Positions 1 to 10,517 of a DNA stretch of 64,000 nucleotides are shown here, one piece after another (the stretch's first letter is position 1; each line of letters opens with the position of its first letter). Position numbers and translations under genes: made by a program. The stretch lies in NCBI GenBank assembly GCA_037137535.1, contig JBAXKC010000001.1:32001-96000 (forward strand), in the 5' to 3' direction. The notes under the pieces were generated by a model. That model was given only the letters and a program-made list of their open reading frames with translations. It did no database searches and had not been told where the DNA came from. Source of the stretch: a bacterium. Lineage in GTDB: Bacteria > Cyanobacteriota > Vampirovibrionia > Gastranaerophilales > JBAXKC01.

Positions 1-2
1 TA

Positions 3-188
3 ACTCAAACACAAAACAATGCTTATCCTTATAATAATACGCCTTATGGAGCAATGAACGGACAACAACCTAAAGTAGAAACAGTTAAGTCTGAATCTGA
101 AATAGATTTAGCAGAAAAAAGTAAACTATATGACTTCACTCTTGGAGATAGAGCTGTGTCAACATCAACAGAAAAACCAGGTCAATAG
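3..188 (+). CDS. 3' end of a gene truncated by the window edge, possibly PilN-like
   Basis: Open frame TQTQNNAYPYNN...SKLYDFTLGDRAVSTSTEKPGQ* ending TAG at 188; lies directly upstream of the PilO-like gene. Function inferred from position only. Confidence 0.4.
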   Translation, partial: TQTQNNAYPYNNTPYGAMNGQQPKVETVKSESEIDLAEKSKLYDFTLGDRAVSTSTEKPGQ

Positions 189-232
189 ATGACAATCTTT
201 CAAAGTAGTCCGAGCAAATAAGGTAAAAACTA

Positions 233-973
233 ATGGATAAATTTAAACTTTTAAATAAAATAACTCTAATGTATTTATTTGGATTAATAATTATTACGGT
301 CTACGGCTATATCTATTTAATTGACCCTATTAAAAAGTCTATTGATGATAAGACCGTTGAACTTAGCACTTTAAAAGATAAAGTAGAATCAGTTAAATCT
401 CAAATTCCTGAAAAAATGGATAAAAATACCATAGACAGAGCTAAAAGTTTACCTACAACAATATTTGATCCCAGCGTACTTGGGTATGATTCAACAACAG
501 CAAATGCTTATATACTAGATGGGCTTTTAAAAAAAGTAAAATCCACAAAAAACAAAGTTTTAGAAATAGCCTTTGAAACGGAAGCTCCACAAGGAGAAGC
601 ACATCCAGCAGTAAATACTCCACCTGCGGCACCTAATGCTCCAACTATAAATCAACAGTTAACTTCACTCGCCTCAAACGGAACGTTAGCTACACCTCAA
701 GCTACAGCATCAGGAATGCCCTCAATTCCTCAACCGTTGCCAATTCAAAAAACAATAGTTAAAATTCAAATGCTCTCTACTTATGGATCTGTACAGAATT
801 TACTTGAAAAATTATATACATGGAAATATTTGGCAGGTATTAAAAAAATAAGTATTGATGATCAAAGTGAAGATGGTGGAATACTAAAAGCAATTATAGA
901 AGTTGAGCTCTATATTAAAACAGGAACCAATACTCCAATTATGCCTTCATCACCAATAGCTACAACCTTATAA
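233..973 (+). CDS. PilO/GspM-like type IV pilus alignment protein
   Basis: N-terminal TM segment, then coiled coil, then a C-terminal 'IQMLSTYGSVQNLLEKL...IKKISI' pattern resembling the PilO ferredoxin-like fold; Pro-rich insert. Confidence 0.55.
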   Translation: MDKFKLLNKITLMYLFGLIIITVYGYIYLIDPIKKSIDDKTVELSTLKDKVESVKSQIPEKMDKNTIDRAKSLPTTIFDPSVLGYDSTTANAYILDGLLKKVKSTKNKVLEIAFETEAPQGEAHPAVNTPPAAPNAPTINQQLTSLASNGTLATPQATASGMPSIPQPLPIQKTIVKIQMLSTYGSVQNLLEKLYTWKYLAGIKKISIDDQSEDGGILKAIIEVELYIKTGTNTPIMPSSPIATTL

Positions 974-1002
974 ATAAAATAATAATAATAATACTTTGTA
1001 TT

Positions 1003-1036
1003 AACCATATGGACGATTTAAATAGACCATATGGTT
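1003..1036. terminator. 34-bp near-perfect palindrome downstream of the PilO-like gene
   Basis: aaccatatggacgattt/aaatagaccatatggtt; no clear U-tract, so terminator or operator. Confidence 0.4.
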
Positions 1037-1157
1037 GTTACATAATCGGGGATTTATATTCATACTTATAGGTGAGGATGTGTAAAAATTACTGCACTTC
1101 AAACAGTATATAATTCTAATAAGTTGAAGTGAAAAGCACTTTTGGAGGTTGGTTAAA

Positions 1158-1502
1158 ATGATAGATAATGTTTACAACCGTAATGATTTATTAATTAATA
1201 ATAACGTTGTAAGACAAAATCAGGAAATGACAGGTGTAGACAGAAGACTAGTCCGTCAAAACCCTTATCAGACAAGTAAAGAATCTTTCGATGTTAAAGA
1301 TATTTCTGACGTTGCAAAACAACTTTATGATAAAGACAAAACTATACAAAAATACAAGCAAATGGTTACGGATATGAGCCAGACTGAAGCTGATACAAAG
1401 GTTAATGACTTAATCAGCAGCGGAAACTTACAAATTAATAATGATGACGTTGCGTCAAGCATGTTAGAAGACTCCGACTTGATAAGTATGCTTTTTAACT
1501 AA
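1158..1502 (+). CDS. FlgM-like anti-sigma-28 factor
   Basis: Short, low-complexity N-terminus, 'DVKDISDVAKQL' and C-terminal 'KVNDLISSGNLQINNDDVASSML' resemble the FlgM pattern; GGAGG at 1144-1148 favours the ATG at 1158. Confidence 0.55.
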   Translation: MIDNVYNRNDLLINNNVVRQNQEMTGVDRRLVRQNPYQTSKESFDVKDISDVAKQLYDKDKTIQKYKQMVTDMSQTEADTKVNDLISSGNLQINNDDVASSMLEDSDLISMLFN

Positions 1503-1529
1503 TATACATTTGCTATGGATTTAAAATAA

Positions 1530-2771
1530 ATGAATGAGCTTAGCCCGCAAAATGAGGATATATATCCTCGTGAAATAAGAGAAGAACACAGACAAGGGGT
1601 TATTTGCTTCAATGTGGGCGATTATAAAGAAGCTGAAAACGTTTTTAACCAATTACTACAAAAATATCCCAATATGTCAGAAGCTCACTTGAATTTAGGC
1701 AATGTCTATTTTAAGCAAAAACGTACAGAGGACGCAATTAAGGCTTGGAGAAAAGCATTAAGCATAGATTCAGCACAGGTTAATTGTTATATAAATCTTG
1801 GCAAAGCCTACTATTCAATGGAACAATATGACGAAGCCATCAATCATTGGATTATAGCAATTACAATGGCTCCTAATCATTCAAGTACAATAATGAATTT
1901 AGGTGCAGCTTATGAGAAACTTGGAGATTTATCTACCGCATATAAATATTATGAAGATTTTCTTGAAATGCAAGACTCTTCACTAATTAATGAATACCGA
2001 ACCGTTTATGTAAAAATTGCAAATATTAAAAAAATAGCTTTACATAATCTTAAAATGGGAATTAAATACCAAAAACAAGAAAATTTAAGAAATGCTATTC
2101 TTGCCTATAAAGAATCAATAAAAAGTTATCCAAACTTTCCTAAAGCCCATTTAAACATGGGCAGTATTTGTTATATGGCTGAAAAATACGAACATGCCAT
2201 TAAATACTGGCTAAATTCGATAAACTTAGACCCTGCTTATGCAAAAACCTACTGTAACGTAGCAGTTGCTTACGACAAAATACACAATTACAGCTATGCC
2301 TATTGTTACTACAAAAGATATGTAGAGATAGAAAAAACTCAAAGTCAGGAAATTGAAAATATTAAAAAGAGAATGGATGCACTTTTTAATCATTTTTCAA
2401 AAAAAACTGAACAAAAACAACAGCATTTAGATAAAGCTAAAGATTTTTATCGCAAAAAATTTTTTAAAGAAGCATTGATAGAATATGAAAATTATTCTTT
2501 TGTAAATCTGGACGGAAAGGCCGAAGTAGAAAGCCGAATTCAAGAGCTTAGATATAATCTGAATCCAAAACTTAAAGCCGCAACAACAGCCTATGAAATA
2601 GCAAATACATGCTACGCTCAGCAAAAGTTTGATAAAGCAATAGAAGCGTATAAACGATACTTGCAATTTGACCCTTGCGGTAAATATGCAGATGACGCAA
2701 AACTAAAAATGCTTGAATGTGGTAAACTTATGAGTAGAGCTCTAAAAGCTTTTATGGCGGTCAATTCATAA
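1530..2771 (+). CDS. Tetratricopeptide repeat protein
   Basis: Multiple TPR motifs (AHLNLGNVY, CYINLGKAY, AHLNMGSIC). Confidence 0.9.
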   Translation: MNELSPQNEDIYPREIREEHRQGVICFNVGDYKEAENVFNQLLQKYPNMSEAHLNLGNVYFKQKRTEDAIKAWRKALSIDSAQVNCYINLGKAYYSMEQYDEAINHWIIAITMAPNHSSTIMNLGAAYEKLGDLSTAYKYYEDFLEMQDSSLINEYRTVYVKIANIKKIALHNLKMGIKYQKQENLRNAILAYKESIKSYPNFPKAHLNMGSICYMAEKYEHAIKYWLNSINLDPAYAKTYCNVAVAYDKIHNYSYAYCYYKRYVEIEKTQSQEIENIKKRMDALFNHFSKKTEQKQQHLDKAKDFYRKKFFKEALIEYENYSFVNLDGKAEVESRIQELRYNLNPKLKAATTAYEIANTCYAQQKFDKAIEAYKRYLQFDPCGKYADDAKLKMLECGKLMSRALKAFMAVNS

Positions 2772-2791
2772 AATATACAGAAAAATTTGGA

Positions 2792-3280
2792 ATGAATATT
2801 AAATTAAAACTTCTGAATAAGCTGGAATCACTCCATTTTGAATTTAGAAAATTTTTTGCAAGTAACGTTCTCGGCAAAAAATATATTCGCACAGGAAAAT
2901 GTAAAGCATGTGGAAAATGTTGTGATGGAATTAATATAAAACGTGCAGGAAAAATGCTGTCTGACAGAGAAGAATTTGAAGAACTTAAAAAACAGCATTA
3001 TTTTTATAATTTCCTGAATGTAGTAGGCGAGTCTGATTTCGGACTGGTCTTTGAATGTAAAAAGCTCGATAAAGAAAAAGGAATCTGCACCGCCTACCAT
3101 CAAAGAGCTTTATTATGCAGAGAATATCCGAATGAAGCCATCTTCATGATGGGCGGAACAATTGGAAAGAACTGCGGCTTTGAATTTACGCCTATCAAAA
3201 CTTTTGACGAAGTTTTTTCTAGCATTAAGAAAAAGTCCGACAAGAAAAATTTCAAATTCATACTTGATGATGAGATGTAA
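2792..3280 (+). CDS. YkgJ-family cysteine-cluster (CxxCxxCC) protein
   Basis: CKACGKCC, CKKL...CTAY..R..LCREYP motifs. Confidence 0.85.
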   Translation: MNIKLKLLNKLESLHFEFRKFFASNVLGKKYIRTGKCKACGKCCDGINIKRAGKMLSDREEFEELKKQHYFYNFLNVVGESDFGLVFECKKLDKEKGICTAYHQRALLCREYPNEAIFMMGGTIGKNCGFEFTPIKTFDEVFSSIKKKSDKKNFKFILDDEM

Positions 3281-3286
3281 AAAAAT

Positions 3287-4396
3287 ATGTTTAAAAATAA
3301 AAAGATTGCAGCACTTTTAATTTTAATAGCATTAGTAATCTCTGCTTATATCTATTCTCAGAAAGATATAGTTACTACTTATATTGGAAAGACTAACGTA
3401 GATAGTGATATAAGAACAGCAATATTGTTAAATAACGGTAAAGTTTTTATTACATCTATTACAGAAAATAAAGCTTGTAAAACAACAGAAAGTTATTTTG
3501 ATCCAAATACAAATAAATTTACTAAAATAAATGAGCGAAATGTATGTGATGGTATAGATTCGATTACAGTGTTACCAAATGATAATATTTTATTTGCTGG
3601 AGGAAGGAGAGTTAATGATGCACTCTCAACCGCAAATATATACAATACCAAGATAAATAAATTTATACCGACAGACAACCTTAAAATAAATCGTATGGGT
3701 TCTCAAGCAATTTTAATCTCTAATGACAAAGTACTCATTTTAGGTGGTATAAAAACATATAGTAGCCAAAAGTTTGATTATACTGAGATATATGATATAA
3801 AATCGGGAACTTTCCACTTGAGTGTTAAAATGCCTAAAAACTTTGAAAGCTTTGGGGCTGAATTATTAAGGAATAATAAAGTATTTATTTTGGGAAGAAT
3901 TATCCCCAAAGACAAGTATAATTTTTCATATCTAACAAAACCAGATTCATTTATTTTATATGATATTAAATCAAAAAAATTTTTTCCTTGTGGAAAAATG
4001 AATGTTGCTCGTTATGGTTATTCAATGACAATGCTTAATAATGGAAATCTTCTTATAGCAGGTGGAGATAAAAAAGCAACGGCAGAAATATATGATTACA
4101 AGAAAAATAAATTTGTTATGACTGGTTCAATGATTGAATCACGTAGAGGACATACGGCAACCCTTTTGAGAAATGGGAAAATCCTAATTACGGGTGGTGC
4201 TTTTGGGCAAGCAGAAATGATAGATTACAGGGACACCTTGGAACTTTATGATCCAAAAACAGGAAAATTTAGTCTTGCTGGAAAAATGAGAGAAAAACAA
4301 GCACACCAAACTGCTATATTATTGAAAAATAATAAAGTTCTTATACTTGGTGGAAATTATGGAAATAAAATTTTAAATACCGTTGAATTGTACTAG
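3287..4396 (+). CDS. Kelch-repeat beta-propeller protein with N-terminal membrane anchor/signal
   Basis: Repeated 'ATLLRNGKILITGG...ELYDP' Kelch units; hydrophobic N-terminus. Confidence 0.85.
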   Translation: MFKNKKIAALLILIALVISAYIYSQKDIVTTYIGKTNVDSDIRTAILLNNGKVFITSITENKACKTTESYFDPNTNKFTKINERNVCDGIDSITVLPNDNILFAGGRRVNDALSTANIYNTKINKFIPTDNLKINRMGSQAILISNDKVLILGGIKTYSSQKFDYTEIYDIKSGTFHLSVKMPKNFESFGAELLRNNKVFILGRIIPKDKYNFSYLTKPDSFILYDIKSKKFFPCGKMNVARYGYSMTMLNNGNLLIAGGDKKATAEIYDYKKNKFVMTGSMIESRRGHTATLLRNGKILITGGAFGQAEMIDYRDTLELYDPKTGKFSLAGKMREKQAHQTAILLKNNKVLILGGNYGNKILNTVELY

Positions 4397-4479
4397 ATAT
4401 AGATAAAGAAATTTATTTCTAAAAATAGCACCTATTTATGCGTATTATTAATAAAACAGGCATTATGCTAAACAAAGAG

Positions 4480-7128
4480 TTAAAGCTCTTTTTTAATGCT
4501 TAATTTTAAGACTAAAAACTTATCCAGCTCAATCGCAATAATAACAGTTAAACCCATCATAACCGTCTGAAGCCAAGTAATAGAATCTAAGGCTTCCGTA
4601 TGAAAAATAAATTGAAGCGGTTTATAATGTAAAATAGCAATTTGAGCTGATAGTGAAAGAATAATACTTATAAATAAAAAAGAATTTGAAAAAGGATTTA
4701 TTTTAAAAATGGATTTCTCAAATGAACGAGAATTAAGTACATTAAAAAACTGAAAAAATACTATTGTATTTAACGCTGTACTTCTTGCATAGTTAATATC
4801 GGCACCATTACTTAACTTATAATGAAATAGATACAAAGAACCAACCGTCATAACTATTCCGACTATTATCAATCTTCTTAACATCATAGAATTGATTAAT
4901 TTTTCATTAGGGTTTATCGGAGGTTTTCTGGTGATGTTCTCTTCTCCCGGTTCATAGGCAAGAGCTACGTCTTGAAGAGCATTTGTAACAAGATTTACCC
5001 ATAAAACCTGTATAGCAAGCATAGGCAAAGGCCATTTTAACAGTAATGCAGTAATAACAATTAATGCAAAAGCTAAACCTGTACTAATCAAGAAAAATAT
5101 TACCTTTTGAATGTTATCAAAAATAATTCGCCCAATTTTTACTGCTTCAAATATCGTTTCATAATTATCATCTTTAAGAATAATGTCAGATGCCTCTTTT
5201 GCTGTGTCTGTTCCTGTTTTTCCCATTGCTATGCCGATAGACGCTTTTTTTAACGCAGGAGCATCATTAACACCGTCACCCGTGACTGCAACAATATGTC
5301 CTAAATTTTTAAGAGTTTCTACAATTTTATATTTTTGAGCAGGAGTTACTCTTGCAAAAACTTTAATTTTTTCAATATTCTGCTTTAAATCTTTTTCCTC
5401 CATTGTTTCAAACTCTTCGCCTGTTACAGCCAAATCACCTTCTTCAAAAATACCTATCTGTTTTGCAATAGCAATGGCTGTTTTTTTATGATCGCCTGTT
5501 ACCATCACCGTTGTAATCCCTGCCTGTTTTGTTAAGAGTATAGCCTCTTTTACCTCCTCTCGAGGAGGATCCATGATTGCTTGAAAACCTAAAAATTCGA
5601 GATTAGTTGTTGCTTCATTTTGAAAATTAAAATTTTGTGGAAAAGACGAAAAAATTTTCATACCAAAGGCCAAGACCCTAAATCCTGAATCTGTCATAGA
5701 AGTATAAACTTTTAACAATTCTTCATTATTTTTATTATTTGAAAATTCTAAAATCTGCTCAGGGCTGCCTTTTGCAAAAATATAGCCTTGATTATCTTTT
5801 TTATTCAATGTTGCCATATAATTTTTCTTTGAGCTGAAAGGAATTTCATCAATTTCTTTATACTGAAAAGTTATTTCCTCAATATCAATTCCAAATTTTG
5901 CCCCAGATACCAAAAGTGCGCCTTCTGTCGGGTCTCCATCAATTTTCCATTCACCATTTTCTTGAAAAAGAATGGAATTATTACAAATTACACCACATAA
6001 CAATAATTTATAAAGGTCCTCATCAATAGTTAATGTCAGATTATTCTGCAAAACTCCGCCATCAGGCTTATAACCACAACATTTAAACTCAAACTCTTTC
6101 AAGTTTGTATAAGCTTTTACAACGGTCATTCTATTTTCAGTAAGCGTTCCTGTTTTATCCGTACATATATAATCGCAACTGCCAAGAGTTTCAACAGCTA
6201 TGAGCTTTCTTACAATCGCATTTCTGTCAGCCATTCGTTTTATCCCGATAGTCATTGTAATAGTAACCACAATAAGCAAACCCTCGGGAATAATACCGAC
6301 TGTAACACTAAGAGTAAAAACAACCATTTCCATTATCGGATCGCCAAGAATAACCCCTAAAGCAAATACTAAAAAAGCTAAACTAATTGATAATAAGGCT
6401 ATTTTTTTGCTAAAATCATCCAATCTTTTCTGCAAAGGTGTTTTTTCTTTTTTTGTTTCTTTAACCTGAGAAGAAATTTTACCAAGTTCAGTATTGAGGC
6501 CTGTTGCTACAACAATAGCTTTTCCAGCCCCATGAGAAACAACAGTTCCCATAAATGCCATGTTTTGCTGGTCTGCTATTGAGATATTATATAAATTTAT
6601 CGGATTAGAATGTTTCAAAGAAGGTAACGACTCACCCGTAAAGGTAGATTCATTTATTTCAAGGTCTTTGACTTCAAAAATTCTAACATCCGCAGGAACT
6701 TTGTTTCCGGCAGTCAAAAGAACAATATCACCAATAACTATATCTTTAGAATCAATTTTTATTTCTTTGCTTTCCCTTATAACAGTTGCTTTTGGAGCTG
6801 CAAGCTCTTTAATGGAAAGCATAGCCTTTTCCGCTTTATACTCCTGTAAAAAACCAAACAATGCATTAACACCGACAATAGTCAAAATAACGCCCATATC
6901 AGTATAATGACCTATTAATAGGGTAATTAAAGCTGCTAGAAGAAGAATATAAATTAAAGGATCTGTAAATTGATGAAAAATCACTTTAAAAAGAAAAGCA
7001 TCTTTTTTCTCTTTAATAATATTCTGTCCATATTGTTGAAGTCTGCTTTTTGCTTCCAGCTTAGTTAATCCGCACTCTGTCGTATTAAGTTCTTTAAAAA
7101 TTTCATTAATCTGTTTTCTGTAAAACAT
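4480..7128 (-). CDS. P-type cation-transporting ATPase (P2A, Ca2+-type)
   Basis: TGES, IPEGL, DKTGTLT phosphorylation site, KGSPE, TGDGVNDAP, LWVNLVT. Confidence 0.93.
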   Translation of the reverse strand: MFYRKQINEIFKELNTTECGLTKLEAKSRLQQYGQNIIKEKKDAFLFKVIFHQFTDPLIYILLLAALITLLIGHYTDMGVILTIVGVNALFGFLQEYKAEKAMLSIKELAAPKATVIRESKEIKIDSKDIVIGDIVLLTAGNKVPADVRIFEVKDLEINESTFTGESLPSLKHSNPINLYNISIADQQNMAFMGTVVSHGAGKAIVVATGLNTELGKISSQVKETKKEKTPLQKRLDDFSKKIALLSISLAFLVFALGVILGDPIMEMVVFTLSVTVGIIPEGLLIVVTITMTIGIKRMADRNAIVRKLIAVETLGSCDYICTDKTGTLTENRMTVVKAYTNLKEFEFKCCGYKPDGGVLQNNLTLTIDEDLYKLLLCGVICNNSILFQENGEWKIDGDPTEGALLVSGAKFGIDIEEITFQYKEIDEIPFSSKKNYMATLNKKDNQGYIFAKGSPEQILEFSNNKNNEELLKVYTSMTDSGFRVLAFGMKIFSSFPQNFNFQNEATTNLEFLGFQAIMDPPREEVKEAILLTKQAGITTVMVTGDHKKTAIAIAKQIGIFEEGDLAVTGEEFETMEEKDLKQNIEKIKVFARVTPAQKYKIVETLKNLGHIVAVTGDGVNDAPALKKASIGIAMGKTGTDTAKEASDIILKDDNYETIFEAVKIGRIIFDNIQKVIFFLISTGLAFALIVITALLLKWPLPMLAIQVLWVNLVTNALQDVALAYEPGEENITRKPPINPNEKLINSMMLRRLIIVGIVMTVGSLYLFHYKLSNGADINYARSTALNTIVFFQFFNVLNSRSFEKSIFKINPFSNSFLFISIILSLSAQIAILHYKPLQFIFHTEALDSITWLQTVMMGLTVIIAIELDKFLVLKLSIKKEL

Positions 7129-7565
7129 TTAGATCTCCTGATATTTTCAAGAACTTAACAAGAAAACCAATATAGTGCTATTGTCATAATTTAATTCACT
7201 TTATCAAAGAAATCATTATGCTTTTATATAATTACTTCGGGTATATTTGCTAAAGATTAAAAAATTAAAAATCTTAATTTATGAAAACAAAAGCCATTTT
7301 AGAAGGATTATAAATGTTAACAATAATATGAAAAAGGGTCTTTATCCTTAATCGCCAAAAGCGTTGATACAAGTAAAAATATAGGGACTTGACACTTTAG
7401 CATTGTTTTTTAATTGTAAAGAAAATATAAATTTTAATTGTTTTTTGATTAATATAGCAAATTTTTTCTTTGACTTGTTTTATTATTATCACAACACCTA
7501 TGCGAATGTTTTTTAAAATAAATGAAAGTTAAGGCAAAAAATAAACCGGGAGGTTAGGTAACTAA

Positions 7566-8798
7566 ATGTCTAATGACACTACAACAACTCAAGAACAGAT
7601 TAACTCAATAGATTCCCTGTCAAATAAAAAGAACGTAGCAAAAGCAGACCTTCGAAGAATTGAAATAAGCGAAATTACAGGAAAATTACCAGACCTTAAA
7701 AATTCAAGAGCAACAAAAGATAACTTAATAGCCGGTTGGCTCACAAATTGGATTGATTCATCTTTATCATCAGGCAAAGTTGATAAAAATGACTTACTGC
7801 CAAAGAAAAACGTTCTTGCTAAATTTTTCGGAGTTAGCATCGGAACTGTTCAAACCGCTATAAGACTTATTGAAGACAAAGGTTATGTTGAGTCTAAACA
7901 AAGAATCGGCACTTTTATCAAAGACAGAGAAGAAAATGACTCAGAACTAAGAAAACAGACCTCAAAAAGAGATCAGGCTATTTTAGCAATTAAGCATTTA
8001 ATCACCAAAAATGAATATAAAATTGATGAACCGCTTCCTTCTTCAAGAGAACTTGCAAAAATTATCGGAAGCGCTCCTAATACTACCAGGCTTGCGCTGG
8101 AATTCCTTTCCGGAACAGGTGTTATTGAAGCAATGGGATGTCGTGGAAACAAAGCAAACTGGATTTTAAAACAAATTCCCGATATGCAAAACGAATCATC
8201 TGATATTGCTCTTGAAACCGATACACTTGTAGATCAAGTTGAAAGAGATTTAAAAGAATTTATTGATGCAAGATGCCAAGTAAATGACAAACTTCCTTCA
8301 CACTTTGAACTTGCTGATACTTTAAAAGTAAGTATTAAAACAGTTCATGATGCAATGAAAAGGCTTGTAGAGCAAGGTATTTTACGTTCAAAAAGAGGCA
8401 GATACGGCACATATATTATGAGAAAGCCTTTCTCTTCACCACTAGAACAAAGACCTGAACACTCAATGTTTGCTTCTGCTGAAGATGTAAGTTTCTATAA
8501 CTATGAAAAAATAGAAAAGCATTTAAGACAATTCATCAGCACTAATTACAAAGTAGGCGACAAACTTCCGTCAATGGGAACACTTGCGACAGAATTAAAA
8601 GTCAGCAGCAACACCATCAGAAAAGCACTTCAACAACTTGCTGATGATAAAATAGTAAGTTTTTCAAGAGGAAGATACGGAGGAACTTTTGTTGAAAAAT
8701 TACCTGAAGAAAATACAGAAAAGAAATCTGAAATCGGTTCCTTCACATGGTTATCAGTAAACAGCCCGAGTAGAGTTTATCAAACAAACGAATCATAA
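7566..8798 (+). CDS. DNA-binding protein with four tandem GntR-type winged-helix domains
   Basis: Four 'LPS..ELA...VS..T...A...L...G....R.GT' units. Confidence 0.8.
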   Translation: MSNDTTTTQEQINSIDSLSNKKNVAKADLRRIEISEITGKLPDLKNSRATKDNLIAGWLTNWIDSSLSSGKVDKNDLLPKKNVLAKFFGVSIGTVQTAIRLIEDKGYVESKQRIGTFIKDREENDSELRKQTSKRDQAILAIKHLITKNEYKIDEPLPSSRELAKIIGSAPNTTRLALEFLSGTGVIEAMGCRGNKANWILKQIPDMQNESSDIALETDTLVDQVERDLKEFIDARCQVNDKLPSHFELADTLKVSIKTVHDAMKRLVEQGILRSKRGRYGTYIMRKPFSSPLEQRPEHSMFASAEDVSFYNYEKIEKHLRQFISTNYKVGDKLPSMGTLATELKVSSNTIRKALQQLADDKIVSFSRGRYGGTFVEKLPEENTEKKSEIGSFTWLSVNSPSRVYQTNES

Positions 8799-8817
8799 GT
8801 AAAAAATAACTAAAAGC

Positions 8818-8860
8818 AAAAGAGAAGAATGTTAATTAATAACGTTCTTCTCTTTTTTTT
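8818..8860 (+). terminator. Intrinsic terminator after the 4xGntR gene
   Basis: aaaagagaagaatgtt...aacgttcttctctttttttt. Confidence 0.75.
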
Positions 8861-8935
8861 GGCAATTTCTCGGCTTTATTTGTTTTTATATAAATAAGAA
8901 CGATTTTGCTTTTGACATGACGAAAAGGGGATACC

Positions 8936-9133
8936 ATGTTTAGCCCACAATTTATGAACTACATTATTGATCCGACAAGCGAAGAAGAAAACTCCTCAAA
9001 AACACTTCACATCGAAAATGATGAAAAAATAACAAATGAAGTAGACCTGCTTAAAAATCAGGCAGGTGATTTTATTAATCAGGTTAGTCTAGCTTTAAAA
9101 GGAATAAAAAATAAACTTACAAATAAAGCATAA
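8936..9133 (+). CDS. Small hypothetical protein
   Basis: 65 aa ORF with an AAAGGGG RBS-like sequence; fills the intergenic gap. Confidence 0.55.
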   Translation: MFSPQFMNYIIDPTSEEENSSKTLHIENDEKITNEVDLLKNQAGDFINQVSLALKGIKNKLTNKA

Positions 9134-9137
9134 ACAA

Positions 9138-10322
9138 TTAAACTTGATTGGATTGCTCAAATAAAGGTGTTTCTTCGGAAAGACCCAATCGTTCAACAGG
9201 AATTATTAAATTAAAGGTTGAACCTTTTCCTAGTTCACTTTCAACCCAAATAATACCCTGCATTTCAGCAAGAATTTTTCTTGTGATAGCTAATCCTAAA
9301 CCTGTTCCACCGAACTTTTTGGAGATGGATTTATCAAGTTGTCTGTACTCATCAAAAATATTATTTAGTTCTTCCTCAGGAATACCCATACCAGTATCGG
9401 TTACTGAAACCATTAGATATGACTTATCAGTAAAGCTCTTTGGAACGTCTATTCCTTGATATCTGACAAAATGCAGATCAGGATGAGCAACTTTGATATG
9501 AACTGAACCACTTTCAGTAAATTTAACAGCATTTGAAACAAGATTAATTAAAACCTGTCTAACTAAGTTCTCATCAGAATAAATATTTCTTTTGACTATA
9601 TCGGATAAATCCATTGAAAAATCAAGTTTTTTCTCTTTAATAAACGGATTTACAGCCTCAACAACAGAGTTTGTAAGTTGAACTATGTCAAAATTTCTAT
9701 AATTAAACTCCATTTTACCTGCTTCAATCCTTGAAATATCAAGAATACTATTTAGCAACGCTAAAAGGCTATTTGCATTTCTGCTGATAATGTTTACATA
9801 TTTATTTTGTTTTTCATTCAATTCTCCGCCGAGTCCGTCAACTAATGCTTGAGAAAATCCGATTACGGAGTGCATTGGTGTTCTTAACTCATGAGAAAAA
9901 TTTGCGATAAAAGTACTTTTATTTTTACTGATATTTTGCATATTTTCATATTCAAGTAAAAGTTTTTCAATTATTTTTTGATTTTTAGTCACATCTCTAA
10001 CTGAAATAATTACTTCATCTTTGTTTTCAACGTTAGAACAAGTGATCTCAACAAATAATTCCTTATCACCTTTAGTTCTTGCGGTTAATACCGTACTTTT
10101 ATTTTCAACAAGATTTTGATAAATTTTATCAATTTCTTCATTAAAAATCACACCGATATTTTTACCGAGAACATCTCTTGATGCAAAATCAAACATTTTT
10201 TGGGATCTTTTATTCCAAAAAACAATATTTTTCTTATAATCAATAATAATTACAGCATCCGGGTGCTGATTATAAGTTTCGTAATTATAAAATCCTTTAA
10301 AAAGAGATTTAATATTCATCAT
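9138..10322 (-). CDS. Cytoplasmic PAS-domain sensor histidine kinase
   Basis: PAS (PDAVIIID...WN), H-box SHELRTP, N-box NLVSNAVKFT, G-boxes DTGMGI and GGTGLGL. Confidence 0.92.
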   Translation of the reverse strand: MMNIKSLFKGFYNYETYNQHPDAVIIIDYKKNIVFWNKRSQKMFDFASRDVLGKNIGVIFNEEIDKIYQNLVENKSTVLTARTKGDKELFVEITCSNVENKDEVIISVRDVTKNQKIIEKLLLEYENMQNISKNKSTFIANFSHELRTPMHSVIGFSQALVDGLGGELNEKQNKYVNIISRNANSLLALLNSILDISRIEAGKMEFNYRNFDIVQLTNSVVEAVNPFIKEKKLDFSMDLSDIVKRNIYSDENLVRQVLINLVSNAVKFTESGSVHIKVAHPDLHFVRYQGIDVPKSFTDKSYLMVSVTDTGMGIPEEELNNIFDEYRQLDKSISKKFGGTGLGLAITRKILAEMQGIIWVESELGKGSTFNLIIPVERLGLSEETPLFEQSNQV

Positions 10323-10517
10323 TTACCTTAGAATAATCCTAAATTATGTAAATATTATCATGAAATTTTACAAAATTAAACAATTGTAAAAAATACTAAT
10401 ACATTGGTATTAGTGGCGCAATCAATCGTATAGTTTTCAAGTTAATTGATTATACGATTTGTTTAATAATTTTAAATCATTGTTTTAGTGTAGATTATTT
10501 TTTAATCTCTAAAACAA

